Source: Eledone cirrhosa
Lineage: Eukaryota
Direction: 5' to 3'
NCBI GenBank assembly: GCA_964016885.1
Contig: OZ024740.1
Span: 424,080,001 to 424,144,000 of the forward strand
DNA: 64,000 nt
Each line of letters opens with the position of its first letter. The first letter of the stretch is position 1. The notes under the pieces are model-generated. The model was not told where the DNA came from. It saw only the letters and a list, made by a program, of their open reading frames with translations, and made no database searches. Positions 26,955 through 39,735 of this stretch are shown here, one piece after another. A program made the position numbers and the translations under genes.

Positions 26955-27027
26955 TTTTGCTTTTCTTCTTTATCTTTTCAGGTAAGATACTTTGCTTTGG
27001 ACAATACTATCATACATATTGGTAAGA
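26955..27027 (+). other. Candidate recursive splice site or 40-nt micro-exon (26982-27021)
   Basis: Polypyrimidine tract ttttgcttttcttctttatcttttcAG followed at once by GTAAGA, and a second G|GTAAGA 40 nt downstream. Confidence 0.4.
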
Positions 27028-27169
27028 TTGACCTATACACATCTTTACACCATTTTTTGTTTTACATATTTTATCTATCTATATATCTATCTATCTCCCA
27101 CCATTGTTCTTGTCCCACTTTTGATGGCCTGGTGGCAAATAAAAGAAACATATCTATCTATCTATCTAT

Positions 27170-27191
27170 CTATGTATTTATTTATACATAT

Positions 27192-27227
<36 letters not shown>

Positions 27228-27397
27228 CAACTACATATATATATGTATTTATTTATACATATATCTATATATATATGTTATATATATATATATATATATA
27301 TGTATAACAACTACATATATATATGTATTTATTTATACATATACATACATATATATATATATATATAACAACTACATATATATATGTATTTATTTTT

Positions 27398-27435
<38 letters not shown>

Positions 27436-28304
27436 CAACTACATATATATATGTATTTATTTATACATATATATATATATATATATAACAACTACATATA
27501 TATCATCATCATCATCATCATCATCATCAGGTTTAGCGTCCGTGTTCCACGCTTGCATGGGTTTGGACGGGGGTTTTCCCACTTGAGGCAAGAGTGGTTG
27601 TCTTGCTCGCATAGGACTGTCTGGCGGGTTTTCTACAGTTGGATGCCCTTCCTAACACCAACCACATTTACAGTGTGGGGCTGGGAGGTTTTTACCGTGT
27701 TGCCTACACGGCCACATTACAGCGTGGACTGTCTGGCGGGTTTTCTACAGCTGGATGCCCTTCCTAACACCAACCACATTTACAGTGTGGGGCTGGGAGG
27801 TTTTTACCGTGTTGCCTACACGGCCACATTTACAGCGTGGACTGTGTGTTTTTTGTCGTGACACCTACGATCTCATTTGTTTCGGCCTGGTTGTTGTGGG
27901 ACCAACATAACTTTACATTGAAAGGGGCGGTGTGGATGGGGGTGTGTTTTGATAGAGATGCCTACTGACTGTAGTAGGTTTTTACTTTGTATTTAGGTAA
28001 GGCGGGTCTTCTCTATTACTGAGTACCGCCAAAGGTCTCGGTCCAGTGACATTGTCTTGGAGAGGTGTAAGCGTGTGAGGTCGGAATTTATCAGCTCGTC
28101 CCATGTTTTTCTGGGTCTGCTTACTCCGTGGCTACCGTCTATCTTTATTGCCCTGCACTTTGTTATACAGCTGTCGTCTTTCATGCGCATCACGTGACCG
28201 TACCAACGTAGCCTTCTCTCGAGTAAACAACATCTGATCCCTCTTATTTCTAATTTTTTCCTTAGTTCGTTTATGCTTTGCCGTTCACGTATATGTATTT
28301 ATTT

Positions 28305-28338
<34 letters not shown>

Positions 28339-28460
28339 CAACTACATATATATATATATATATAATAACTACATATATATATGTATTTATTTATACATAT
28401 ATATATATATAATAACTACATATATGTATTTATTTATACATACATATATATATATATATG
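27170..28460. repeat. TA-rich compound minisatellite (acaactacatata..tgtatttatttatacat) interrupted by an RTE insertion
   Basis: The same unit occurs on both sides of 27502-28293. Confidence 0.85.
27502..28293 (-). mobile_element. 5'-truncated RTE LINE, close to 24698-25593, with an internal 3' UTR duplication
   Basis: ORF 27993..28193 has RPRKTWDELINSDL...DRDLWR; the segment gactgtctggcggg...tacagcgtg is duplicated. Confidence 0.93.
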
Positions 28461-28533
28461 TACACAATGAAATTCCATTATAACTAACAAAAATTCCTTA
28501 TAACGAGATCGACCTAAAACATCGAGTGTGTGG

Positions 28534-28569
<36 letters not shown>

Positions 28570-28938
28570 GTTAATTAGTAGAATTCTACATATAATTTTA
28601 TGATTAGGCATTGTGCCTACAATATGAAACCATAGTGAGGAAATAAATACCTTGGATATACCAGAAAGGATACACCTGCAAGCTGTCGAAACTCTGCTAT
28701 TAACCAACATACATGCTACATTCTTTTCAGTAACATGTTTCTACAGGAATATCTCAGAGAGGCATCTTTTAAATGGTGCCTTGGTGAACTGTTTGGATTT
28801 AGTTATAAACAATACACCTGTTTCTTTCTTTTCTTCCACTCTTCCAGCTTGTATCTGTATATATATGTGTATGTTTGTATGAGGAAATGTTTAATAGCCG
28901 GATATGCTTCCTGGTGCTAGCCCTTTATATATATACGT

Positions 28939-29160
28939 GAAGGCGTGTGGCTGAGTGGTTAGAGAATTGGATTCGCAATCGTAAGGTTGTGAGTTAGATT
29001 CCTGGACCAGGCGATGCGTTATGTCCTTGAGCAAGACACTTTATTTCACGTTGCTCCTTCTACCTGGAGTTGCGACCGATAGATAGTATTAGCAATTGGA
29101 AAGACCAACGGAAACATTGTTCCCTCGGTCCGATTTGACGAAAGTTGATCGTTCCTTTAT
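28939..29160 (+). mobile_element. SINE family A, subtype with non-RTE tail
   Basis: A-box-like tggctgagtggttag head, core tgtccttgagcaagacactttatttcac, tail ggaaagaccaacggaaacattg. Confidence 0.82.
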
Positions 29161-29170
29161 ATATATATAT

Positions 29171-30529
29171 GGTAAATTTCTATAAGTCGTTTGGAAGCCT
29201 CGACGATGCAGATGGGTAAATCCCCGGGTAACAAGATCCGGTGGTGGAGAGAGAGATGTAAGTGGGTGTATGTTGAGATGTGTGGCGTGTAGAAGACTGT
29301 AGCATGTAGAAGAATGTAGGAAAGAGCGCAAAAGATAAAATTAAAAATAACACGAGATTGAGTTACCTTGGGAGAGATTTAATTGTCCCTATATATTTCG
29401 GATTCACATCCATCAACTGGGCTTTTTTTCCGGGGAGGGGGCGCGGGTCTGTTGGAAAGGTGCAAAACGTGTTCTCCGCTGTTCGTTGTTTTGAATATCT
29501 GAGGTATTCATCAGAGCGCGCGTGAAATGGGGTCGGTCAAGTAGAGGTCGGCGGCCGAAATAGTTTTTCAATTGTGGGAGTGGGGTGGCGCTAGCTGTCA
29601 GTCCATAGTATTCTCTGCTTGTTTGGTAAATGTTACTGTGTGTGTGTGCGTGTGTTGTCTCGCTTGAGTGTGTGTGTGTGCATGTGTTGTTGCCTTGTTC
29701 CTCTGTATTGGCAGTGTAGTATGTTCGTATGGTGGAATGCTACTGTGTGTGTGTGCGTGTGTTGCTGTATCGTTTGTTTACTTAAAACCAACCACCTCAT
29801 TTGGCTTCTCTCGGATCGGTTGTTTAATTGTGGCCCTAGGCGTTTGATCCAAAGTGCTTGCTTGGTACGTAATGTGCCAACATTTCTTTCCATCGCTAGA
29901 ACTGTGACAATGGGCCTTCCGTCTTTGTTTCCACATTTGGCTATGTGTTTCCGGAAAGACGAGGCCCTGGTGTTAGTGTGCCCCTTGATCCGGATGTGCA
30001 GCGGCCGGATTGTGCTACCTATATAGTATTGGTTGCACTTGTTACATTCTATCTTATACACGACGTATCTTCGCAGGGAGGGGCCCGAGTGGGCCAGGTG
30101 GATGTCGAGGCCCTCCCTCCATATAGCCTTGCAGATAGCATTGGTGGTATTCTCGCCCAGGTGTGGCATTTTAAGGAAGCACTTGCCTTGGGTGCCTCTC
30201 TGTCTCTTCTGTCTGTGAGCGAGGTAGGGTACCCGTCCGTCTCCAGCACCTCGAGGAATCGCTTGGTATGAGTGACACCACTCATGGGATCGCTGCATCT
30301 GTTTTTGATTCGCGCGATCTCGTTCGTGATGTATCCTCTTTTGGCACTGTTATCTCGTGTTATTATTTTTATTTTTATCCTTTACGCTCTTTCCTACATT
30401 CTTCTACACGCTACAATCTTCTACACGCCACGCATTTCAACGTACACCCACTTAAATCTCTCTCTCCACCACCGGATCTTGTTACCCGGAGATTTACCCA
30501 TCTGCATTGTCAAGGCTTCCAAACCACTT
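29171..30529 (-). mobile_element. Penelope-like retroelement fragment (RT C-terminus and GIY-YIG endonuclease) with inverted pseudo-LTR-like ends
   Basis: VVYKIECNKCNQYYIGSTIRPLHIRIKGH...ALWIKRLGPQLN; upstream frame LETDGYP; about 175-bp inverted repeats at 29184-29358 and 30352-30529. Confidence 0.88.
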
Positions 30530-30537
30530 TAAAACGG

Positions 30538-30571
<34 letters not shown>

Positions 30572-30724
30572 ATATATATATATCTCTCTCTCTATATATA
30601 TATATAATCACCTAACAGGTTATATGGCAGTTGTCTGAAAAATGTTTTTTAGACTTGACATCCTTATTATTGTTAGTAATATTACCTGTAATGAAAACTC
30701 TAAGGAATACATCCGAGCATTTAT

Positions 30725-31031
30725 TAAATAATTAAAAAAACCATTGACATATTCTTAAATATATCAAACATTAACAGGAGAAAATTTGTAAAATGATGTA
30801 AGAACATATATATAATTCCAAAAGGCGGCATATTTAAATTGTAAATACCACTACATCTAATCATTGTCTGAAGCAATATTAAAATATGTATGTGAGGATA
30901 TGAATAAATACTGAAATTTAGATATTTTCAATTTAAATATGCTGCCTTTTGGAATTAGATATGTTTTTACATCCTTTTACAAATTTTCTCCTGTTAATGT
31001 CTGATATATTTAAGTATATGTCAATCATTTT

Positions 31032-31042
<11 letters not shown>
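30725..31042. repeat. Imperfect inverted repeat with about 120-bp arms, MITE-like
   Basis: acattaacaggagaaaatttgtaaaa...ccaaaaggcggcatatttaaattg versus caatttaaatatgctgccttttgg...ttttacaaattttctcctgttaatgt. Confidence 0.88.
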
Positions 31043-31080
<38 letters not shown>

Positions 31081-31410
31081 GTGATTACCTCTTGTTGTTA
31101 CTCTGACTTTAACAGATTGCTGCTGATTATAGCTATACATATATATACATATTCTATGTCAATTCATTAAGATGGAGTGTATTTCATTAGAAATGTGGTC
31201 ATGAAAGGGTCAAAGGAGAATGAGTTTATAAGTGTGGTGAGGAGTGGAGATCTTGGATAGTGTGAGTTATAGTGTGATGGGCTGGCTGATGTCTCATGAG
31301 TGGGTCAGGCCATATTTATATCCTGGTTGTAATGGCATGGGTTAGAAGGGTTGTCACAATCTGAGACCAGATATGATGCCAGGAATCAAACTCAGAACAT
31401 TACAGTTTTG

Positions 31411-31696
31411 AGCCGTTGCCAGAACCACTGAGCCATTGCTAGAACCACTGCGCTGTTGCCAGAACCACTGAGCCGTTGCCAGAACCACTGCACCGTTGCC
31501 AGAACCACTGCACCGTTGCCAGAACCACTGAGCCGTTGCCAGAACCACTGAGCCGTTGCCAGAACCACTGAGCCATTGCCAGAACCACTGAGCCGTTGCC
31601 AGAACCACTGAGGCGTTGCCAGAACCACTGAGACATTGCCAGAACCACTGAGACGTTGCCAGAACCACTGAGACATTGCCAGAACCACTGAGCCAT
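31411..31696. repeat. 20-bp minisatellite (agccgttgccagaaccactg), about 14 copies
   Basis: Direct. Confidence 0.97.
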
Positions 31697-31900
31697 TATT
31701 AGAACAGATTAAAAATTTAAGCAAAATTCATTTGCTTAAACATTTAATGTTTTAATAATAAATATTTGCTTTGCAGTTTTATATATATTATTAAATGTCT
31801 GTGTGTATGTGTGTATGTGAGTGTGTATACACAGTCCTCTCTTGATTTTGGTGTCTATTTATTATTGGTAATATTATATATATAATGTATGGTGGGGTGT

Positions 31901-31932
<32 letters not shown>

Positions 31933-32397
31933 GTGTGTGTGTGTATATATATATATATTTGTGAGTGTGTGTGCCTTTGTTTATGTCTTGTAATTTTGTG
32001 GTTAGCCATGTGGAGATAAATGATAAAAGCTCCAGACATGAAAAAATAAACACTAAGATTAATATGGTCAACTAAAACCTGTTGAAGGTAGTGCTCCAGC
32101 TTGGTTATCACAGTCTAATAGGTAAAGCTAGGGAAAGATTAAACATTATCTCAAGTATATAATACTCAATGTATTGGTTCATTAGTTGGGTCAGTTTCAG
32201 ATATCACACTTTATATTATATGTAGAAAGAGAGAATAAAAGAGAGATCATAGTGAGTGAATTAACCTGCAGATTGAAGTAAGAGTACACTTACTGATCAA
32301 TGTGGCCAGTAAAATAGTGAGAGAGGAATAGAGTTGAATGAACTCTGGAGGCACATGCAGACAAATATGTACGCACACATATGTACACATATATAAG

Positions 32398-32557
32398 CAC
32401 TCACAAACTCATGTACACACATAAACACTCACAAACTCATGTACACACATAAACACTCACAAACTCATGTACACACATAAACACTCACAAACTCATGTAC
32501 ACACATAAACACTCACAAACACATACACACACATAAACACTCACAAACACATACACA
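32398..32557. repeat. 28-bp minisatellite (cactcacaaactcatgtacacacataaa)
   Basis: About 5-6 copies. Confidence 0.9.
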
Positions 32558-33322
32558 AAAGTTTGTTTATAGCATTTGTAAAAAGTTATTTTTCTTTTCA
32601 CACTATCTTCCATCTTTTTCATGGATGCAATAGACATATATGAAAATATATATTTCTATTTACAATTTTTTGTTTTTCTTTCTCAAGTTACTGCCTTCTT
32701 TTCATACTATATTTGTAGTATAGATTATATTAATCATTTCTTCAATTTGTGGTAAATACATAAATCTAACATGTTTACTCAATGCTTATTGTGTGTTTAC
32801 ACACAATATGTTTACACACATATTGTGTGTTTACTCAATAGCAGTGCTCCAGCATGGCCTTAGTCTCTTGGCTGGAACATGTAATAGAGTAATAGAATAT
32901 ACTAAACTACCTGTGACCCAACGTGTCACAGGTAGTTTAATAATATATATATAGAGAGAAGGTTATAATATAGAGAAAGAGAGAGGGTTATCATATATAG
33001 AGAGAAAATTATTGGTTATCACAGAGCTATTGGCTATCTACGAAGGTACCCAGAAAAACTCAGCATCTCTGGAGACTGTGGTCCGTTTTATATGAAACTT
33101 GCTTTATTCCATTTGTATTCCAATTTCAGGAGCAACTTCCTTTCAAAGTATTTTCTTATGTGCCATTTTGGCTGTATTACATTACAGATAAGCACACAAT
33201 CACAGAGTTTTAGTAGTGTATAGATATTCATCCACAGTATATTTGTAATGTTACAATCATTTATTTTTATTAATAGACTTATACATTCTATTTTATTTAC
33301 CTACTGCTATTCACAGTGGTCA

Positions 33323-33363
33323 ATGTACACTTTGAAATTTTCACTTCATATGACGGGTAACAC

Positions 33364-33438
<75 letters not shown>

Positions 33439-33476
33439 TTACCCGTCATATGAAGTGAAAATTTCGAAGTGTACAT
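33323..33476. repeat. 42-bp inverted duplication flanking (TA)n(GA)n
   Basis: atgtacactttgaaattttcacttcatatgacgggtaacact ... agtgttacccgtcatatgaagtgaaaatttcgaagtgtacat, one mismatch. Confidence 0.95.
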
Positions 33477-33489
33477 ATTACATTGTATC

Positions 33490-33735
33490 GTTGTGTAACG
33501 TAGTAGTGAATTGGATTTGCACTCCTAAGGTTGCGGGTTTGATTCCCAGGCTGAGCAATACATTATGTGCTTGATCAAAAGACTTTATTTCATGTTTGCT
33601 CCTTCTGCCAGGAATTGTGACCGGTAGATAATATCAGCAATAAAAAGACCAATGGAAACATTGTTTCCTTGGTCAAATTTGGTGAGTTCCACATCACTTC
33701 ATCAATAAATGAGGTCTAGGATCTTGTCAATCAAT
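33490..33735 (+). mobile_element. SINE family A, non-RTE-tail subtype, degenerate
   Basis: Core and tail match 28939 (aaaagaccaatggaaacattg). Confidence 0.7.
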
Positions 33736-34387
33736 TCCTTATTATATCATCTTGATTAGATAAGAGGTAACTAAAAACGGTTTGGCACCAGGAAGGATCT
33801 TATGATGAGTATAAAGCACATTATAGGGTCCACAAGTCTAACTCCTAGTTTAGCTGGGGGAAATAGCTGGAAACCACATGCTGCTGCTGTTTTTAGTTAA
33901 TTGAGATGAAAATGTAACATATCTTTTCATAGCCCCATTCTGTTATTTTGGATGATATTTCATTATTTTTATCTATCTCTTTGTATTTTTATTATCTTAC
34001 TTGGGAGAAACAATCTATGTGAATTTAATTTTTGTAAAAGATCCACAAAATCAATAATAGAAGAAAAAAAAATTAATTCAAAAAAAAAGAAACAATGGAA
34101 ACAAAAAAAAGAAAAGAAAAGTCTAACGAAGAAAATAAAAAAAAATGAGTGCAGAATTTTATTATAATAGCTTGAAAAAAGATTATTGTTTTATGATAAA
34201 CATCAAATGGATTAGATAAGCGTTAGAACATTTTAGGAGAGATTAAACATCATTGATTACAGATGGCTACTAATTGCTGTAGCAATCAAAAAGGCCAAGC
34301 TTTAGTGCCAGTAATGCTTTTGCTGTTTCTTTATATTTATTTATTACCAACATTGTAATAATAATAATAACAATAATGGTAATGATA

Positions 34388-34420
<33 letters not shown>

Positions 34421-35187
34421 GTGATAATAATAATGATAATGTTTATTTATTTTATTTATTGCTATATTGCTAAATAAATGTATTCTATCTGAAAGCATAT
34501 TGAAGACATTTCAAAATTTAAAAAGAAAAATTAATAGGATTTTCATAATCTTGTGTGCTTAATGCAATAATTGTTTATAAGTTGTGACTTGGGAATCACT
34601 CACTGGAAATGGTTGTTTCCTTCAGTTTCTCAAGGAATTCTCTCCACTTTATGTCTTCTTATTTGTTATTACAACTGCTACTGCCACTGCTGCCGTTCTT
34701 ATTCCTGTTGATGTTGGTTTGTCTGTATGTTTTTTTGTTCGTCAATAAATGGTGTGGTGTTGTGGAGGTGGTGGGCAAAAATGTATTTGAAATTTTTACA
34801 TTAAATTTCAAATCTCCTGTTCTTGCCATCACCCACTCCCTAAATATTAAAATTCAATTAGAATTTTTAAATAAAACTTACTTCCTCTATATATTCTATA
34901 TCCTTTACACAAGCTTAATTTAATTATTTTTCAAATACTTAGAAGAAATGTATGTATACTTTGCCATCTGAAAATATAATGATTTACTTGAGCTTATGTG
35001 TGTGTGTGTGTGTGTGTGCGCACATACACACACAATTCTTACTAGCAGGGAATGCAGACATTATATGATGATGATGATGATGATGATGTATACATAAATG
35101 TATGTAGTTGTGTGTGTGTATAAATGCATTTATATATACTTTTGTGAATATGTACATGTGTGTATGTATGTATGTACAGTTTGCTTG

Positions 35188-35224
<37 letters not shown>

Positions 35225-36044
35225 ATAATATTATTTATTTATAAGTATTATATATGTGTGTATATATGTATGTTTGTGTGTATATGTATGTGTTTATATA
35301 TATAAGTAAAATATGTATGTGTATTTTATATATATATATAAGTACAATATGTATATATATATGTAAAATATATATATATATAAGTACAGTATCAATTTTG
35401 TAAGATAAAAGAGAAAACTGGTGAATGAGGTTAATTAATATAAGAGTTAAATTAAAATTGAAAAAGAAAACAAGTAGACCAATTAAAAAAACATACAAAA
35501 CAAAACAAACAAATAAGTAAATTGTTATTTTTGCTGCATAATTAAATAGAAAGGATTAGTTTCAAAAGTTTAGCATACTATATAATCTCTCATATTAGTA
35601 ATTATTTACATTGCATCTTCTGTACTTAACATGTAGCTTCTTCCAGTTGACTTTAATATTTGATGTTAATATGTTATAATGAAATGACATGAAGAGTTTT
35701 CTCATGGAAATATAGGAAACTGAAGAAATTAATAATCATTTTTTCAAAAATGTAAATAGGTAGGTGTAGGCATGTAGTTTGGTCTGTCTGTGTGGTTAAG
35801 AAGTTCACTTCACAACTTAAGTATGACTGTGTGGTTAAGGAGTTCACTTCACAACCTAGGTATGGCTGTTTGGTTAAAGAATATCACTTCACAACCTAGG
35901 TTTTGACATGGTAGCTTGGTTAACCCTTTAGAATTACATTACTCTATATTTATTATATTTTCACAGTAAAGGCTTTACCTCACATAATAAATATTAAATC
36001 TATGAGATTTTGATATCAGAGACAACAGATGTACTGTCAGAGTG

Positions 36045-36230
36045 AGAGTGGACACCAAGGTAGTGGTGAACCAGAGGGTGGCTAAAGGCAAGATGGCACA
36101 ATGATCTGACCCCATATCTCAGCCCCACATGGCCCAATATGGCCAGAGGTAGGAAACAGGTGAGGTCAACCATGTGGGGGGGGGGGGGGTGTCCTCTAAT
36201 ACGAGTGAGAAGGCCCTGGAATTTGGATAT
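36045..36230 (+). mobile_element. RTE-like 3' end remnant
   Basis: RWHNDLTPYLSPTWPNMARGR-like frame; 3' end gagaaggccctgga is similar to 42600-42712. Confidence 0.5.
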
Positions 36231-37187
36231 ATATTATAATTATATGTTTATAAGCTTATACAGAAACGTCTATGAGGTTGCTAAATCTCCAATAATTTAA
36301 GCTCTAACATTATCATCATCGTTATATCCACATATGTTGGCCAGGCACTATTCAGCACAGCATCTCCCCACTCACTGCCTTACTTCATTATAACATTTTT
36401 AGAAAAAAGGGGACACATTGAATAATGCAGTCCTAGATGGAATGATCAAGGTTGGAAAGACTTTAATCCTAGGTCTGTTCAATCATGGATGAACAAATAG
36501 AAATATTTAATATGTCAGCCAGTTGAGATCACAATTTTAGTCTTCCTTCAGTTAATTCATTCCATAATTAACTGCTTATTAGAGCAGCAACTTGTATGCA
36601 ACATACTGTACAATGAAGGGAGCCTCTCTTTCTCTGGTCTCTGAACATTCAACCTGTTAAGATACACAGCTACAAAATATTCATTAAATCACCCCCTACC
36701 ATCTTGAAAAGAAGAATAATACCCTGGATGGTTAATATCTGAGAAAAAGAAGAAAATAACTGTCTGAAGATTTAAATAAATGGTTGGTTTATAAATTTTA
36801 AATTTACATTCAGAAGCAATGCTTTTCGAAATTTACCAAATGTTTCTCTTACAAATTCTACCATATATAAACCAAATACAATTCCACTGGGAAATTTAGT
36901 TTTAGTTTGAAAGATTGTTTGTCATTATTGACACTATTTTTGCTCGATTTATTTTCCTTGAGGAACATTTTGCAAGGTTGTTATTACTGAATTAATACAT
37001 GGCCATTAATGTTATGCTTTAAGCTAAATGTGGAGTGAGGTACAGAAAGAAATATTAAGAAACATAGCATAAGTAAATCTAATGAAAATATAATAATTTA
37101 TGCTTAATATAGGCACAGAGACACAAACTTGAGGGAAATGGAATAATGATAATCAATTAGATTGATCCTAGTATTTATTTTAACTAC

Positions 37188-37350
37188 ATTTTTTCACGCT
37201 CAGAGTTGCTGAAGCATGGAACAAACTACCTGCATCAGTTGTTAGCTGTCAGGACACAGCATCCTTCAAAACTTCATGCTTCCAAAAATTCGCCAACACT
37301 ACACTTGATATTCTCTCTCCATACGATCTGAGGTATATATATATGTGTGT

Positions 37351-37408
<58 letters not shown>

Positions 37409-37478
37409 ATATATATATGTGTGTATATATATATGTGTGTATATATATATATGTGTATATATATATATATGTGTATAC

Positions 37479-37510
<32 letters not shown>

Positions 37511-38022
37511 GTGTGTATACATATATATATATATGTGTGTATACATATATATATGTGTGTATACATATATATATACATACATGTATATGTATGTATATGT
37601 ATATATAGGTACATATATATACCGTCTAACTCATGCTAGCATGGAAGAACGGACGTAAAACGGTGATGATGATGATGATGATGATGATATATATACATAC
37701 CGTCTAACCCATACTAGCATGGAAGAATGGACGTAAGACGGTGATGATGATGATACATATATATATATATAACTCAGGTCGCTGAAACTCACCGAGATGA
37801 CGAAGGACCGTGACAAGTAGAAAGAAGCTGTGCCGAATAAGACCCGTCCAACCCTTGCAAGCAGGGAAAAGCAGACGTAAAATGATGATGATGGTGATGA
37901 TACACATGCACACATGTGTTCCTGCACTGTTCACTTTCCTGACTTTTGTACATGCACCTCTGATGAGCTGTAGTGCACCTGAGCACTGTACACAATAATT
38001 TTCATTATTATTATTATTACAT
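37188..38022 (+). mobile_element. CR1/L2/Jockey-group LINE 3' end, split by a microsatellite and RTE tails
   Basis: [27 protein letters not shown] at 37188-37270; 3' terminus gtagtgcacctgagcactgtacacaataattttc(att)n, repeated at 38364-38410. Confidence 0.7.
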
Positions 38023-38569
38023 TATAAGCATGAGATAGAATCATCCACTGCTGCATTTAAATTCAGAACATGACGGGATTTAACTAAATATTGCTAAGTA
38101 TTCTGCTCTTTGCCCTGCTAATTTTAACAGTTTTGATATGTTCTAACTAATTACAGAAAATAAGAACAAACTTTTTTTTTTTTTAAATTTGATAAGATTG
38201 ATATACCGATAAAAACTGGTGATATTTGTCAAAATTTAAATCTATTAATTCTACTTAATATAACAATTTTAAAAATATTCATTCTGCCAGATTAAAGAGA
38301 AAAATAATCTATAAATATACTTCTATGCTATTTCACTTTTACTTTTTACCTATAACCTTTAATGTTGTAGTGCACCTGAGCACTGTACACAATATTTTCA
38401 TTATTATAATATGTATAGAACTTTACCCCACTTTCAACAGTGTGTGTGTGTCATGCTTGATAAAATGAAAAGATGGACCAAACCAAAAGATGAACATTCC
38501 ATCATTGTGTTCATAGTCAAGACACACTTAACTCTAAACAGTAGAATCTGCCAAATTCTACTTAACTAA

Positions 38570-38915
38570 TATAGAGTAGTGTGTGTATATATAGGGTAGT
38601 GTGTGTATATACAGGGTAGTGTGTATATACAGGGTAGTGTGTGTATATAGAGTAGTGTGTGTATATAGAGAGTAGTGTGTGTATATAGAGTAGTGTGTGT
38701 ATATAGAGTAGTGTGTGTATATAGAGTAGTGTGTGTATATAGAGGGTAGTGTGTGTATATACAGGGTAGTGTGTGTATATACAGGGTAGTGTGTGTATAT
38801 ACAGGGTAGTGTGTATATATATAGGGTAGTGTGTGTATATATAGGGTAGTGTGTGTATATACAGGGTAGTGTGTGTATATATATAGGGTAGTGTGTGTAT
38901 ATACAGAGTAGTGTG
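38570..38915. repeat. About 18-22-bp minisatellite (agggtagtgtgtgtatatac)
   Basis: Direct. Confidence 0.92.
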
Positions 38916-39094
38916 TGTGTCACCATATAGTGGAGCCTTTCATAAGAAATATACTTTATCAATCCCATTCATTACTATAATAGTTACAACATCAATTAAA
39001 ATATATTTAGGGACCAATACTGAATGAAAGTTTACACTAAAACGATTCTTTTAAAAATTAATAAAACAAATTATAAATATAAATAAATGCAGAT

Positions 39095-39735
39095 AGTGGT
39101 AAGAAACTCTCAGTAGAGCTGGACAGCAGAATGTCTTCGGAGAAGGACCCACCTCAAGCAAGTGTTTTAGCCCTTAACTTCTTGCACTCTAAGGGAGCTG
39201 GGCTGCATCCAGATCATGACTTCTGAGTCGCCCACTGCTGACATTTAGCCATATGGATATTGGAGACTTGTGTATCTCTTCTTCTTCTTCACCTACTTAT
39301 TCCTGAGAGAGTCATGGGAGCAGAGTCCTCAAACACTCCTTTCAGCTGGTCATGTCAAAAACAACCGTCTCCAACTGATCTGGCTGGATCCCCAAGTGTG
39401 ATCAGACAAGCTCATGGATGTTATCTAACCATCTTGCTCAGTCTACCTCTGGGTCTCCTACCAGTTGGTTTTGCCCATAAAATCTGTCCAGTGATTCTTT
39501 CCTGAGAAATTCTAACCACATGCCCATAGTATCGACACTGTGATCTCTCAATTTGAAGAAGTAGCAGCTCTACCTGGAGTGGTTCTCTGATTTCAAAGCT
39601 ACACATTCTATCAAGTAACATTACTCCAAAGACCTTTTGTTCGGCCGCTTATATTCGCGATCGTATTCTTTTGGTCATTACCCCAATATTCATGACTATA
39701 GGTAAGGGTTGGCACAAATACCGAATTGAAGATAG
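39095..39735 (-). mobile_element. RTE-like LINE family 2, ORF2 C-terminus and 3' UTR
   Basis: ORF 39421..39621 contains IERSQCRYYGHVVR...KPTGRRPRGR. Confidence 0.85.

Noticed and set aside
37955-37995. CTGATGA as a hammerhead core
   Set aside because: No GAAA follows; it lies in a LINE 3' UTR.
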